A DNA stretch of 64,000 nt, from the NCBI RefSeq assembly GCF_009914755.1, contig NC_060928.1. One strand, given 5' to 3'. Of this stretch, positions 35,597 to 51,200 are shown one piece after another. This stretch comes from the human T2T-CHM13v2.0 reference genome, Homo sapiens. Both the position numbers and the translations under genes were made by a program. Numbering within the stretch: the stretch's first letter is position 1; each line of letters opens with the position of its first letter. The notes under the pieces are model-generated. The model was not told the origin of the DNA. It ran no database searches and was given only the letters and a program-made list of their open reading frames with translations.

Positions 35597-38089
35597 AAAT
35601 AACATCATAAAATGATAAAATTAATATAATAAATGTTATCCAAAAAATAGTGCTTTATAAAACTGAAGAAAATTTAATTTCCTGTGATTATTAAAAGTTA
35701 AATAATGCAATGTAATTTCTTTGTAAAACTTGGATCCTCTAGAAAAGTGAATTGATGTGATAATTACTGAGCTGAATATACTTCTATATAAGAGTTTCCA
35801 TCTGTTGGAAACGTTATTTCCAACAGTGGGAAAATGTTTAGTAGACATTTATGAACTAACTCCAAATAGTTCCCCCATGAGTTCCTCATCTTTAAATAAT
35901 CATCAGAAGTACAATTAATAACACTGTAGACATTTTCCAACACCTGCCCCACAATACAATGCAGAGTGTCAATTTGATACTATGGTATTTATATTTCACT
36001 TGTTCAAAGGTCTTTAAAATACGGTAATAATTGTGTTTAAAGTAGGAGAAGTTTTACAAAGACAGAATATAGTTGCTTATTGAAATGTGTACAGGGCAGA
36101 TCTGTCTAAACTTGTAGACAGCACTTTGTGGTGTCTTTTCTTTTGCACATATTGATGAGCTACAACATTGATTTTGTTATCAAGATATACAAGACTAAAA
36201 TATCAGGTTCTTTTAAACACAGAAATAATAACATTGCATTAAGAAGTATTAAGTATTTTCATACATAATACCTGTTATTCTAGTTGCTGCTTAGAGATGC
36301 TGTGCATGAGCTCCAGCTGTCCTAGAGACACCAACCATTCATCCTCTCGGAGTTCTGGCTATACTTCCAGGTAACAAACTCTAGACAGCGCTCAGGTTCC
36401 CAGCCCTCAAACCCCTTTTCTGTCTGATGAAGTATCTCTTTTCTATATCCCTTCTTGCTCTGGGATTCCTGGCATTAGGTCTTCAATGAACTTAAGATTT
36501 CACTAAAATATAGTTTTCTACATGCAAAAAGCCACAAAGCAAGAAAATTATAAGGGTCTAGTAATATGCTTGGAATGCAGGAAAGGGAAAAAATACAGTG
36601 AACAAAACACATGCTTATATTTCAACAAGATAGCTAGCATAAGAGAAACAAACTTGTCATTTAGGTCAATATTGTATTAATTTCATTTTTTATTGAAATC
36701 TATGTTGCTGTATACATTAATGAATTTTTTATTTTGAAATATGTAGTCTAACTCAACTTTTAGTGCTAATATAATGACTACGAAGATAGCTATTACTATA
36801 TTATTCCCCTCTATAAGTTTATATTTAGGAAGAAAATAAGTTAATGTAAATTAATTAATATAATTCTCTGAAAATAAACTGTTACTATAATAACTTCATA
36901 AAGATAAATAAAAACTGTGCCAAAAATTTATCTTTGTGCAAATCATCACTTTTCTCATCTGTGAAGCAGGTCCTAAAGCTTTTCTCAGTTAACAAAGTAT
37001 TTTCTGTTTTTAATATTGTGAGAATATAACATAATCTAGGCATATATTGTGAGAATATAACATAATCCATGAAACTATACTAACAAGTAATGCCCAACTC
37101 CCTCTCCCTATTTCTAAAGGATTTTGTGAATGCAAATTGTGTTTATTAAGAAATAGTTAAGGGATAGTTATTTGTTAAATGAGTACATGAATGGATAAGT
37201 TTATGCCTAAATAGTTTGGTTTATAGTTTCCTTTTATGTGACCACAAATTATCTTCACCCTGTGGTAACATAGACTGACAATGATATTATTCACTTTTGT
37301 ATACATCAGGATGGGAGACTTGGAAAGATCAAGTGATTTTCTTAAAGAGGCATTGATTTATTGGCAGTGCTGAGAATACAGTCTAGGTTTTTCTGCCTTC
37401 ATGTTTAGAGTTTTGCTATCAGGCAGTATGGTTTCCCAGTGGGCAGTGATAATCATGCCTCAAAGGACCATAACCTTGCTACCATCTCTCCATCATGAAT
37501 CTATTCTGACTCAGCTACTGGCATCAGTGACTGAACTTCTCAGTATATACATGAGTGAGCCTATAAATATGCATGGTCGAGGGAAGTAGAAAACATCCTT
37601 GGTCTTTGGAATAAAAGAAGACTTAAACTTGATTCTGGATGTCAATATTTACTAACTATTTAGGCAGACTATTCAATTCTACATCAGAGTAACAACACCA
37701 AATTATTATGGAATAATTTTGAGATTAAATATCACAATTGCATGAGAAGACACTTAGCTTATAGTAAACAACACAATAAGGGTAATTTTATTAGAACACC
37801 TTAGTTTTATTTTCTAAATTCATCAACCTCTTTTAAGGTTTTCTCTTTATCACATAAGAGAAACCTAGAAGTACATTTTCCAAAATTCTCTTCTCCACAT
37901 GTTTCTGGGGTAGTCTGATCATGACTGGTATCTAAATACTATTTGGATGGTGAAGCATTGACAATATTTGCTGAAAAACATTAACAAGAAGCACAGATTT
38001 TCTTGGGAAAGAGAGAGTGTAATTTGCATGGGGGAATAATCTTGAGTATTTAGGGGCAAGACAGAGGATGTGATAGGAATACCTCTGAC

Positions 38090-38885
38090 AAAATATTTCA
38101 GATTCTGCCATCCTGTCACATTGTGGGATAACACTTTGAATTTGGGAGAGACCATGTGATTGGTTCTGACCAATGATTTATAAGCAGAAGTGACTTGTAT
38201 CATGTAAAGGCCAAGCATTTAAATGCTTCAGTGAGTTCTCTTTCCACTGTGTTGAAATTCCTGGCAATGCTCAAAATATTAGCTATTCTGAAGCTTGGTT
38301 AGCTAACTGACTACAGTGAGCCCTGCAGATTTTCAGTGAGTATGAGCCACAAGCATGAGCAAGAAACAAACCTTAGCTGTTTGTGATAGATAAGATAATG
38401 TGTTTCCAATGATGTTTGTGTCCTAATCCCTGGAACCTGTGAATATGTTACTCTATATGGCCAAAAGGATTTTGCAGATGTGATTAAGTGAAGAATCTTT
38501 AAATGGAAATATTTTCTTGAATTATCTGGGTGGGCCCAATGTAATCAAGGATTCTTAAAATGTTTATTGAAGTGGAAGTCAGGCTGATGTGATTGCTGGC
38601 TTTGAAGCTGTAGGAAGAGGCTACGAATGCAGATAGTCTTTAGAAACTCAAAAAGGCCAAGAAAATATTCTTACCTAGAGCCTCCAGAAGGGTTTTAACC
38701 CAATGGAATCCATTTCATACTTTGGACATCCAGAACTCTAAGATAAATTTGCATTGTTTAAGCCACTAATGTTATAGTAACTTGTTAGAGTAGTAACAGG
38801 AAACCAAGACAGTACACAGTTTTATGTCATTTGAGGTTTAAGGTAGTTTACTGTAGCAGCATGATCTAGCCTATCTTGACTGATA
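38090..38885 (+). mobile_element. Old MLT1 LTR containing a nested MLT1D-like LTR (38382-38811)
   Basis: Inner LTR: tcctaatccctggaacctgtgaatatgttac, ttttgcagatgtgattaag, taagccacta. Outer LTR: ccatgtgattggttctgaccaatg and ctagcctatcttgactgata. Confidence 0.75.
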
Positions 38886-39370
38886 AAATCTGCCCTTACC
38901 TATTTTTTAATGGTCAGCACTAACATTGAGAAAATATACTTACAATTTCAATTGGTGGTTTTTCACCCCATCTTTATGGTTTTCCTTAGTTGCCCTCCTC
39001 CTATGTTTGAATCAGGGTATAGATAAAATTTGAATGTTATTATCATTAGTTATGTATTTTCTAGGACTTAATCTAAAATGTGATAAAGTTTCTGTCTTTG
39101 AGGGGACCCATCATACACTGTTGGTGGGGATATAAATTGATGCAGCCACTATGAAAAACAGGATGGAAGTTACTAAAAAATTAAAAATAGAGCTACACTG
39201 TAATCCAGCAACCCTGCTTCTAGCTATATGTCCCAAGGAATTAAAATTAGGGTCTCAAAGAGATACCTACATTCCCATGTTGATTGTGTCATTAGTCACA
39301 ATAGCAAAGACTTGGAAGCAACCTAAATGTCTATTAATGGATGAGTGGATAAAGAAAATGTGGTATATAC

Positions 39371-39864
39371 TCTGAAAGAAAAATAAATCTTGGGACCCCA
39401 AAATCACTAAGCCAAAGAGAAAAGTCAAGCTGAGAACTGCTCAGGGCAAACCTGCCTCCCATTCTATTCCTAAAAAAGATAGCTATTAAGATAAAAAAAA
39501 AAAAAAGCTACATACCTCCCTCACAAGGAATTTCCCTGTGGGCAAAGGACAGACAGAACTCAAAGTCACCTCTCTGCTCACTGAGATAAATGCATATCTG
39601 ATTGCCTCCTTTGGAAAGGCTAATCAGAAACTCCAAATAATACAACAATTTGTCTCATATCTACCTATCACCTGGAAGCCCCCTCCCTGCTTCAAGTTGT
39701 CCCACCTTTCTAGATGGAACTAATGTACATCTTACATATATTAATTGATGTCTCATGTCTCCCTAAAATGTGTAAAACTGAGCTGTCATGGGGCACACCC
39801 TTATCTTTGGCAAAATAAACTTCCTAAATTGATTGAGACCTATCTCAGATATTTGGGGTTCACA
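39371..39864 (+). mobile_element. MER4A-like ERV1 solo LTR
   Basis: Starts tctgaaagaaaaataaatcttgggaccccaaaatcactaagc and ends gggttcaca. 4-bp TSD atac/atat. Confidence 0.85.
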
Positions 39865-40059
39865 ATATATACCACAATGAAATAGTATGTATTTCAATAG
39901 TAATGAATACTATTGAATTACAATGGAATATTATTCAGCCTTAAAAATGAAAAGAATCCTGCCATTTGCAACAACATGGATAAACCTGGATAAACCTGAA
40001 AGCCATCATGCTAAGTAAAATAAGCTGGACACAGAAGGACAAATACTACATGATACCAC

Positions 40060-40472
40060 TGAGAAAAGAAAAATAGCTCAGAGCAGTCTGAATTTTGTGA
40101 GGTATGTTAAAATTTATCCAGTTCAGACAGACATGAGTATGGAACTTCAGTCATGTCCCCCATCCCCATGCCCCAGGGATAGTTGTTTAAAGGCAATTGC
40201 CTCACTCATTATCTTCATGATCATGAAATTTGTGATACAGAGAATAATGTATAATCAATTAATAGCTTATGTTATTTTAATGTAATTCTCAGTTAAAAAA
40301 ACAAAAACTTAGGAATGGTCTCTCCTTTTCCTTTAAAAACCCATTCATAATCAGAGCATATATTCAGGACAACTGGAATCTATGCCCCTGGGTGGCTGTC
40401 CTCAAACTTGGCCCAAATAAACTCTCTACTTATATTAAGTTTGCATGAATTTTTTCCCCCTTTAGTTCAACA
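40060..40472 (+). mobile_element. MER66-like ERV1 solo LTR
   Basis: Starts tgagaaaagaaaaatagctcagagcagtctg, has ggcccaaataaactctc, and ends ttcaaca. L1 sequence resumes on both sides. Confidence 0.75.
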
Positions 40473-41508
40473 TTACTTATGTGACTAATCTAAAATAATC
40501 AGACTCATAGAAGCAAATAGTAGAATGAAGGTTGCCAAGGACTAGAGGGAGAGGAAAATAGAGCGGTATTAATCAAAGGGTACAAAGTTTTCCTCATACG
40601 CAATAAATAAGCCCTAGAGATCCACTGTACAGCATAACACCTACAGTTGACGATACAGAATTTTATACTTAAAAATGTTCTAGGATAGTAGATCTTATGT
40701 TAAATGTTCTTATCACAAAAAATAAATAAAGAAGGTAGGAGGAAACTTTTGGAAGTGGTGAATAAGTTTATGGCATAGAATGTGATGAGGGCTTTATGGG
40801 TGATTACTTATCTCCAAACTCATCAAGTTGTACACAGCAAATATGTACAGCTTTTTGTATGTCAATTATACCTCAGTGGAGTGGTTAAAAATGTTCTCTT
40901 AAAATCTCAATTTTGTTCTTGCTCTCTATTGGTTTGTGAGAGATAACATAAATTTTTATGCTTCTAGATAAGATGAAAAGATACAACCCATACATACCAT
41001 GCAGGAGATAAACCAACACAGTCACTTTATTAACAAGTTTATTTTGTGACCATATATTCTTCCTTCAAGAAGATGAAAGCGGTAAACCTTCAGGGAAATT
41101 GTAATATTGAGATCAATGTAAAATTTCACTGAAGAACTCAGGTACAAAATGTCACACATAAAAGTGGATTAGAAGCTGAGCTATTGTGAAGAGATGAAGA
41201 TGAAGAAATATTTTCAGAATGTGTTTCTTATGTGAACTTCTGTGTGGAATCCAGAAGGGAGTACATTGATGCAGGAGCTAGAAACAAAAAAGAACGGAAA
41301 AAAAAAAAAACCAAAAAGCAATATTTTCTGATGTTCAAGCATTTCTCTGTAAATAACCCAAACCCAGAGCTGAATGTGAGACAAGAATATATATTTGAAA
41401 AAAATAGCACTTAGACCTAGAATCAAATAAAATAACTGATACCTTTTTTAATGGAAGAATATAGGGAATAAATATTAAGGAAAATGACTAGGAGGGCATG
41501 GATTCTAA

Positions 41509-41803
41509 TTTTGTTTTTTTTGAAACATAGTCTCCCTCTGCTGCCCAGGCTAGAGTGCAGTGGCATGGACTTTGCTCTCTGCAGCCTCAGCCTCTGTGGT
41601 TCAAGTGATTCTCCTACCTCAGCCATCCGAGTAGCTGTGATTACAGGTGTGTGCTACCGCACCCAGCTAATTTTTGTATTTTTAGTAGAGATGGGATTTT
41701 GCCATGTGGCCCAGGCTAGTCTCAAACTCCTGAGCTCGAGAGATCTGCTCGCCTCCGCCTCTCAAAGTGCTGGTATTACAGGCGTGAGCCGTGGAGCCTG
41801 TCC
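41509..41803 (-). mobile_element. AluJ
   Basis: Diverged antisense dimeric Alu. Confidence 0.92.
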
Positions 41804-42889
41804 AGATTTTTATCTGGCATCTTCATAAATGTGTTTTTTCTCTTCTCTTTCTTTTACCTACACATGACACACATAGATTTCTAAGTGCACACACACATAC
41901 ACACAAACACATATTTTATATGTGCAAATATGTCAAATATGCAAACCCACATTTGCATATTTGATTGTTTTTCTGGATATCTAGGAACACCTGTTCTAAG
42001 TAATCTTTTCTGGAAGTGTGCAGGGAAGAGAAGAAAAAAAATTTCTCTGTGGCTCCCCAGAAATGCCCCACAGAAGTTCCCCTTATGGGTCATTGTCAAG
42101 GAGTTTTTCTAGGAGTGTGGGAAATGCCCATTCTTTTCACCCCTCCCCTCAGTTCCAATCACAGGGAGAGAACTTCTCTGCACTGTCTCAACACATTTTC
42201 TGTCTGGCAGTTATGAAAGCTTCCTGTCCAGATTGACATTCTACAGTCTCAGTACATCTGGTGGGTGGGAGATATCTTGATATCTTGTCAGTTAATATTT
42301 TATGCCAACGTACATCTTACAAATGAATGTCTTACTTCTAGCAGCATCTAGTTTTAATATAATCTTATATACATCATCCATCCTTCTCTGTGCAGGAATA
42401 TGTTCGGAAAAATATTGCAGTTCAAATTCTCCTTTAAACTACAATATTTTCTTTTAACTTTCTACATTAACACCATTTTGCACAAATATACAAAATTGTC
42501 CAAGTTCTGCATGCCAGACTTCTTTAGTCATTGATTTGTTGCCTATAAAATAATATTTAACTTATTGCTTCAGCAATCATTATAAAAAAAAGTTCTAATT
42601 TTTATTGTAGAAAGAACAGTTAACATGAGATCTACTCCATTAAATGTTTAAGTGCACAATGTAGTATTGTTAACTATAGGAAGGCTTCTGCTATTTTAAC
42701 ACAGACCAAAGCCTACATAACTCAGCTACTCAAGGAAAACTGTCCTGTGGCCTGTTTGGGCGCAATGTAGATTACATTTCCTCCTCTGTGTTTTCAAAAA
42801 ACTTTGGCATATTTATATTACTACAATATTCATATTCTTCATACTACACTTTGATTATCTTTAAAACAATACACTATTTCAGCAACTCC

Positions 42890-43841
42890 AGGCTTGTGTT
42901 CATACATGTTTAGCAACCAGTTCTCCCCTGCCCAATAAAAGGTGTACGCACATATATATTTACATAGGTTTCTTATGAATTTTACTAACATAAAGTTTGT
43001 GTAGCATATGATACGATATACTACATACAATATATGCAATAATACGTAAGTATTCAATATTCCATATTTTAAATCCAATGTAGTCAATTGATGCTCACAT
43101 AATGTTTTTGTTGATATTTTTACTAAAATATTATGTCCACAGTAAACTTATCACTGCAACTAATGGGTGAGTATAGTTAAAATATGAATGTTAATTGATA
43201 CTTTTATTTATGTCAATGAGTCAGATGAAAGTGAAATGACAAACACAAAAAACATGTTTGAGGACTTCATTTGTTAGTCACTAGTATGAGTGACTTTGTT
43301 AAGTTGCATAATAGTTCTCAAATACTGGAGTATTATTTACTCTAATTATTGTGCTATTGATGGCATAACTGCTACAGACAACACACTTTAAGTTAAATCT
43401 TCCTTATGAACATGTTCTCCATTATTTTCTTATTCCTTGACAGTCAACACGGCAAAAACTCAAACCCTGATTGGCAGCATTTGCTGATATCTGTTGTGTA
43501 AATAGTCTCACCACAGCCTACTCCAAGGTATTAAGATGACAATACTGAGAACAGAGCTGGGGAAAAATGCACAGCGGCACACCTTTATATTGTATTTCCA
43601 TTGCACAGATGCAATAGACATAAATAACATCAAGAGCATAGATAATAGTAAAATGTAAAATAGGTAGAAAATAATGAGCTTTGAGTAATTATTATATTGA
43701 AAAAATAAAACTTATTTAATTGTAAATTTATATAATTTCATTTTAAATAATATCTCTATTTAACAAGTCGCTCTGAAAATGCTTGGAAATTTCACAATCG
43801 GTTCTTGCGTGCTGATATGTATTGGCTCCATTATAGCACTG
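42890..43841 (-). mobile_element. MER63 (hAT-Blackjack) DNA transposon
   Basis: catcaagagcatagataatagtaaaatgta, aaaccctgatt and acaatcggttcttgcg...ggctcca...cactg match the reverse complement of MER63. Confidence 0.75.
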
Positions 43842-44038
43842 ACTGCTTCTCTGTCTTGTTTTTTCAGCATTTTTGCATGCAGCAGGTGATCAGAAATATT
43901 TTTGTGGTGAAGAGCAAGTTATAACTTTACCCAGTATGTTACACCAATATCCCGTTTTATACACCAGTGACTGTTAAAAGCAGAATTACATTCTCTACTC
44001 AACAGACTTCCAGAACAAGTGAGTTTATTCTGTCTGTG

Positions 44039-45492
44039 TGCATTCCAGCCTGGGTGACAAGAGTGAGACTCTGTCTAAAAAAAAAAAAAAAAGGCTGGAA
44101 TGCAGTGGCACAATCTCGGCTCACTGTAACCTCGGCTTCCTGGGTTCAAGTGATTCTCCTTCCTCAGCCTCCTGAGCAGCTGGAACTACAGGTGCGTGAC
44201 ACCATGAGCGACTACTTTTTTGTATTTTTAGTAGAGACGGGGTTTCTTTTTTTTTTTATTATTATTATTATTTGAAAGTTTTCTCTAGGATTGACGTTCT
44301 CTTCCTTTCAAGTATCATAGGCCAATCTTTTTTTATTTTTTTATTATATTTTAAGTTCTAGGGTACATGTGCACAACATGCAGGTTACATATGTATATAT
44401 ATGCCATGTTGGTGTGCTGCACCCGTTAACTTGTCATTTACACTAGGTATATCTCCTAATGCTTTCCTTCCCCGCTACCCCCACCCCACAACAGGCCCCG
44501 GTGGGTGATGTTCCCCTTCCTGTGTCCAAGTGTTCTCATTGTTCAATTCCCACCTATGAGTAAGAACATGTAGTGTTGGGGTTTTTGTTCTTGTAATAGT
44601 TTGCTGAGAATGATGGTTTCCAGCTTCATCCATGTCCCTACAAAGGACATGAACTCATCCTTTTTTATGGCTGCATAGTATTCCATGGTGTATATGTATC
44701 ACATTTTCTTAATCCAGTCTATCATTGATGGACATTTGGGTTGGTTCCAAGTCTTTGCTATTGTGAATAGTGCTGCAATAAACATACGTGTGCATGTGTC
44801 TTTATAGCAGCATGATTTATAATCCTTTGAGTATATACCCAGTAATGGGATGGCTGGGTCAAATGGTATTTCTTGTTCTAGATCCTTGAGGAATCACCAC
44901 ACTGTCTTTCACAATGGTTGAACTAGTTTACAGTCCCACCAGCAGTGGAAAAGTGTTCCTATTTCTCCCCATCCTCTCCAGCACCTGTTGTTTCCTGACT
45001 TTTTAATGATCGCCATTCTAACTGGTATAAGATGGTATCTCATTGTGGTTTTGATTTGCATTTCTCTGATGGCCAGTGATGATGACCATTTCTTCATGTG
45101 TCTGTTGGCTGCATAAATGTCTTCTTTGAGAAGTGTCTGTTCATATCCTTCGCCCACTTGTTGATGGGGTTGTTTGTTTTTTTCTTGTAAATTTGTTGGA
45201 ATTCATTGTAGATTCTGGATATTAGCCCTTTGTCAGATGAGTAGATTGCAAAAATTTTCTCCCATTCTATGTGTTGCCTGCTCACTCTGATGGTCGTTTC
45301 TTTTGCTGTGCAGAAGCTCTTTAGTTTAATTACATCCCATTTGTCAATTTTGGCTTTTGTTGCCATTGCTTTTGGTATTTTAGACATGAAGTCCTTGCGC
45401 ATGCGTATGTCCTGAATGGTATTGCCTAGGTTTTCTTCTAAGGTTTTTATGGTTTTAGGTAAAGACGAAGTTTCACCGTATTAGCCAGGATG
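44039..45492 (-). mobile_element. Rearranged AluS: inverted 3' end (44039-44091), antisense body (44092-44246) and remnant (45475-45492), split by an L1
   Basis: A sense Alu tail with poly(A) directly abuts the antisense Alu body. The Alu resumes as accgtattagccaggatg after the L1. Confidence 0.85.
44247..45458 (-). mobile_element. 5'-truncated L1PA5-like element with 54-bp 3' transduction
   Basis: L1 spans 44328-45458. TSD gtagagacggggtttc (44231-44246) / gtaaagacgaagtttc (45459-45474). Non-L1 sequence 44274-44327 lies between two T-tracts. Confidence 0.88.
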
Positions 45493-45596
45493 TTTTTCTC
45501 CCAATAGTGATACCTTCTTCTCTCAGCTCTCAGGCTCCTCACAGGGGTTGCCTTCAGCTCTGCCTCCCAGGACTCTTAACCTAAGGCACTGTTACT

Positions 45597-45929
<333 letters not shown>

Positions 45930-46929
45930 CTTTGTTACTATAATTATCGTTAAAATAATTATTTATCCAACTTCACTTCAAAATTTAAATGTCAGTTTTG
46001 GCATTATGTCAGCACATACACCTTATTTCCAAATTAAATTTAACTGATCAGGTAAATAATAATAATAAATTAAATCCTAGCTATTGTATATCTTTAAACT
46101 GAAGACTTCTGGAAATAATAGCTAAGTCTCAGTGGGGAAATCTAGTACTGGGGATTCCTGGGTTGTGGCAGCCTTTGGAAGTAAAAGTTGAGTGCCTGGA
46201 GGCACTGCAGTGCTCTGGTAACTCTACCATTCAGAGCTTTGCCCTTCACAGGCCCATGTCCATAAGATTCACAAGAATATTGATGTGAGCACCCATTGCA
46301 TTGTGGGAAAGAGCCATAAAGAGACACGCTTAAGTAAAAAGCCACTTCAAGTTTTTAAAAATATTTTTTCTTGAAAGAAGAAATTTAATAAGGTTAAATA
46401 CGTCAAAACAAAAGCATAAAATAACATACATATTTTATGTATTATGCAAGAAATGATACCACATGTAGAAATTACATTGTAGAAATACTAAATATTATAA
46501 CGAGAAATAATTTTTCAATGTTTAGGTTTATATAATGAGAAAGAGATATTCCAGAGGAATAAAGGTAAAAAGCACAAGGGTTAAAAGTGTGTGGGTGGGA
46601 AAAATTGTGTGTGTGTGTTTAAGAGAGAGTAAGAGGTAGGAGAGAGAAAGATTCTGAGATTTTAGCAGGGCATTTTGGCTTTATTATGTATTTTCTTAAA
46701 CTTGTCTCTTATTCTTTGCCTCTTATTGCTTTCTCTTGCCCTCTTGACCTCCGGAGCCTACTTCCTTTTGACACCTCTCAATTATTGAGCTTACTTTCCT
46801 AGAGATTAAAAAACCAAAAGTTTATGTGCCTCAGATGTAGAGTCAATTTAAATACAGACATAAATTATGGTTATTGCCTTTGGGGTGTGTGTATGTGTGT
46901 TTGTGTGTTTGTGTGCATGTGTGAAGGCA

Positions 46930-47150
46930 CCAGTTTTGGATTTAGATAGATCTGGGTTCACAATTTGACTCCTTACATTTTCTCGCAATCCAAAATTGGT
47001 CAAGTGTCTTGAATTCTGAGAGTTTTAGTTTCCTTATGTTTAAAATAGGACCAATAATATGTAATCCAAAAGACTGTGGAGAATGTTAAATTAGATAATG
47101 TATGATGACCTTGACACATACTGTAAAGACTTAGTAATGGATTACTTTTG
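46930..47150 (+). mobile_element. MIR
   Basis: gatctgggttc...agtttccttatgtttaaaatagg...gttaaattagataatgtatg is the MIR core pattern. Confidence 0.65.
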
Positions 47151-47591
47151 TCATTATCATTATTTTATTACTGTGAATATAAGAACAGTTGCAAGTATTT
47201 AATTGCAAGTAATTAACATATTTTTATTACTGTTAATATAAGCACAGTTACAAATTGTAAAAGAGATAAATCTAATCAAAGAGTCAATGAGTTACTCCCA
47301 TTAGGTGTCATCTTTTTTTTTTTTAAACACAGATTCTAGGAAACAAAAGTGTCATCTTATAAAGTGAATGGTAAGCACTTGGACAGCCTTCAAATTGAAG
47401 TCAAAGTGCAGTTTCTTAAATATCAAATCCATCAAAAGAGAGAGAAGGTTGAACAGCACTGGAGAATAATCATAGAAAATGTACTTTGTCAAGTTGAAAA
47501 TCTTTTCAGACTCATGGTATTCTAAGGTTAGACATACTTCACTGGGATTTCAGTCCAGTGAAATCTAGAGAAACGTGACTTTTTTGTCTCT

Positions 47592-48161
47592 AAATACAGG
47601 AGTTAAGAAGAAATTACTTAGGCAGATAGTGAGAGTACGGAAGTCCTCGGTAAGCTTTTCTTTCAATGAAAAGCAACCCCAAAGCATTTTCCTTTCTAAC
47701 CAAGAGCAGCTTGTAAAATCAAGCTAGGCAGACATAGATGCCATCAGTTGTGCCAATCATGTTCAAGATGGCAGCTCCATCTTCCCTTCTCTTTGTTAGC
47801 CACCTGTATAGTAAGGAGCAGATAAGGTGGCTCTGGTCAAAGGGGAAGTTCATTTGCACAATAAGATTAAGGTGGGGCCACCAGCCTTCCCTGCACTATG
47901 TAAATGTCATACCTGATCAAACCAATCTGTGAGTCCTATGTAAATCAGACACCTCCTCCTCAAACCTGACTATAAAATCTGGCACATCCTCCACTGGCCG
48001 GTCTTTTTCTCTCTCTCACTAGAGAGAGAGGTGTTTTCCTTTTTCTTTCTTTTGACTGTTAAACCTCCGTTCCTACATTCCTCGTGTGTGTCTGTGTCCT
48101 AAATTCTCCTGGCAGGAGACGATGAACCTGGGTATTTACCCCAGACAATGCAGCTGCTTCA
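47592..48161 (+). mobile_element. MER50-like ERV1 solo LTR
   Basis: Contains tacaggagttaagaagaaattacttaggcagatagtgag, TATA tataaaa near 47971, and ends gctgcttca. Flanked by taaa. Confidence 0.85.
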
Positions 48162-49764
48162 TAAAGACAAGATCTTGAAAGTTCTAAAAAATGTTTTGAA
48201 AAGCTCATTTGTCATGAACTAACTTTTTAGAAAAAAAAAATACTTTAGTGACTTAAGTAACAACAAATCTGAAGCATACTGATTCTGTTTGCCTTGAAGT
48301 GCCTATGGGATTAAAGACTAACAGGCAGAGAGATAGGAAGACAGTTTAGACACTTTCAGAGGCAATGCACTTAACCAATTGAATTGCTAAACAAACGAAC
48401 TGGAAAACTTTGTTTCTGTCTTTTTTGGTCTGTGGTGCTATCACAAATTATAAGATGAAAATAACTCTAACGTTTGCTTTATGTAGTTTCATTGCATTTT
48501 TTATTTTAATTCTTTATATTATCAGTTACAGAGACAAGGGAAAAATCTAATCAGGCAATCATTTTCTCTTTCTACAGTTTAAATTATTTAGTTACACCTG
48601 CAATGTTTGGCAATAAAAACCAATTTGGGATTTTGGTTTGATTATTAGGAATTTTTTCTGACCGTGTTTTTTATAACTTGGTACTCTTTTGCCTTTTTCT
48701 AATATACAGTTGTATTTTCACTGTTTTAAGAATAAGCTTACTTTGGCTCTCTTTAGAATCACACATATCTATTCAGAGTTAAAAAAAGAAATTAAAATGC
48801 AATATTTAAATGTGTTATGAATAAAACACTATTATGATAAAAATCTATTCATTAGCTAAGAATAGAAAAATGAACTTACAAAAGTGAAATCAAAGAGACT
48901 AAAGTGATGTAGACTTCCTTTCTTTTCAGCAATTGATAGAAGCAAATTCAGTTGCTATTGAAAAACAGTGGAAGTAACAATATTGGCTGGATGATTAAGC
49001 AAGGAAGATGAGAATAGAGGGGAAAAAAAGCATAAATTAGTCTGTGGTCTGTAGGTCTGGATGACTTGTGACCTTGAGTACATTTCCAGTTGGGTTACAG
49101 CAGCGACTACCCTTCAAACACTACCACCCTAAGAAGTACAGGAGTGACAGATTAACTTCCCTTCTTTGACAGAGATGGAAACCAATCATTAACTGCTATA
49201 TCAAATTCTTACCAATAGCCAAGGTAAAGAGCAATATAGTTTTCTTGAGACTTAGTAAAGCCTAACTAATCTAATTTGATTTTATTAAAGAATGACAAAT
49301 TGAATAAATGAGGAAAAATAGTTCAAAGTGTTTTGGTTAATAAGAATTTTACTTTTGTTTAAAGGAGAAACACTATGATTTTCTTTAAGCCAACATTTTA
49401 CTGTGAGGTATCAGCTAATTTATTATTTAAATTACAAAATCTTGAGTTAACATATATCCTCTATCATCTTCAACAAGACTAGAAATAGGCACCCTCATTT
49501 AATTCCCAGTTCATTTTAAAGGAGGACAAAAAGGCTAGTTTCTGCCTATCATTGAAATTGTAAGACGCTGAAAGGACAGAAAATATTAAGTGAAGAAATG
49601 ATTCAATTTTGACCTATTTGGTTCAAGATCCTGTGCTGCAAATTATTTCAATACTCTAGCTTCACTATATACCAACAATTATGCCTTAATGTGCCCCAAA
49701 GCGAGTTTCATTTTACTTCCTCTTTGAAACCCAAAATATGTTTAAAATTGTGTTTTGAGTCTGC

Positions 49765-51200
<1,436 letters not shown>

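Larger units (their letters stand above)
39100..40890 (+). mobile_element. L1MA/MB 3' end interrupted by two solo LTRs
   Basis: Contains cactgttggtgggg, ORF2 C-terminal remnant (ORF 39151-39375) and 3'UTR ggaggaaacttttgga...gtatgtcaattatacctca. Confidence 0.85.

Noticed and set aside
40960-41420. Purine-rich stretch resembling a coding exon or processed pseudogene
   Set aside because: No sustained ORF, recognisable peptide or paired splice sites.
47161-47255. Imperfect ~36-bp direct repeat (ttttattactgt.aatataag.acagtt)
   Set aside because: An old two-copy local duplication beside a MIR, with no evidence of function.
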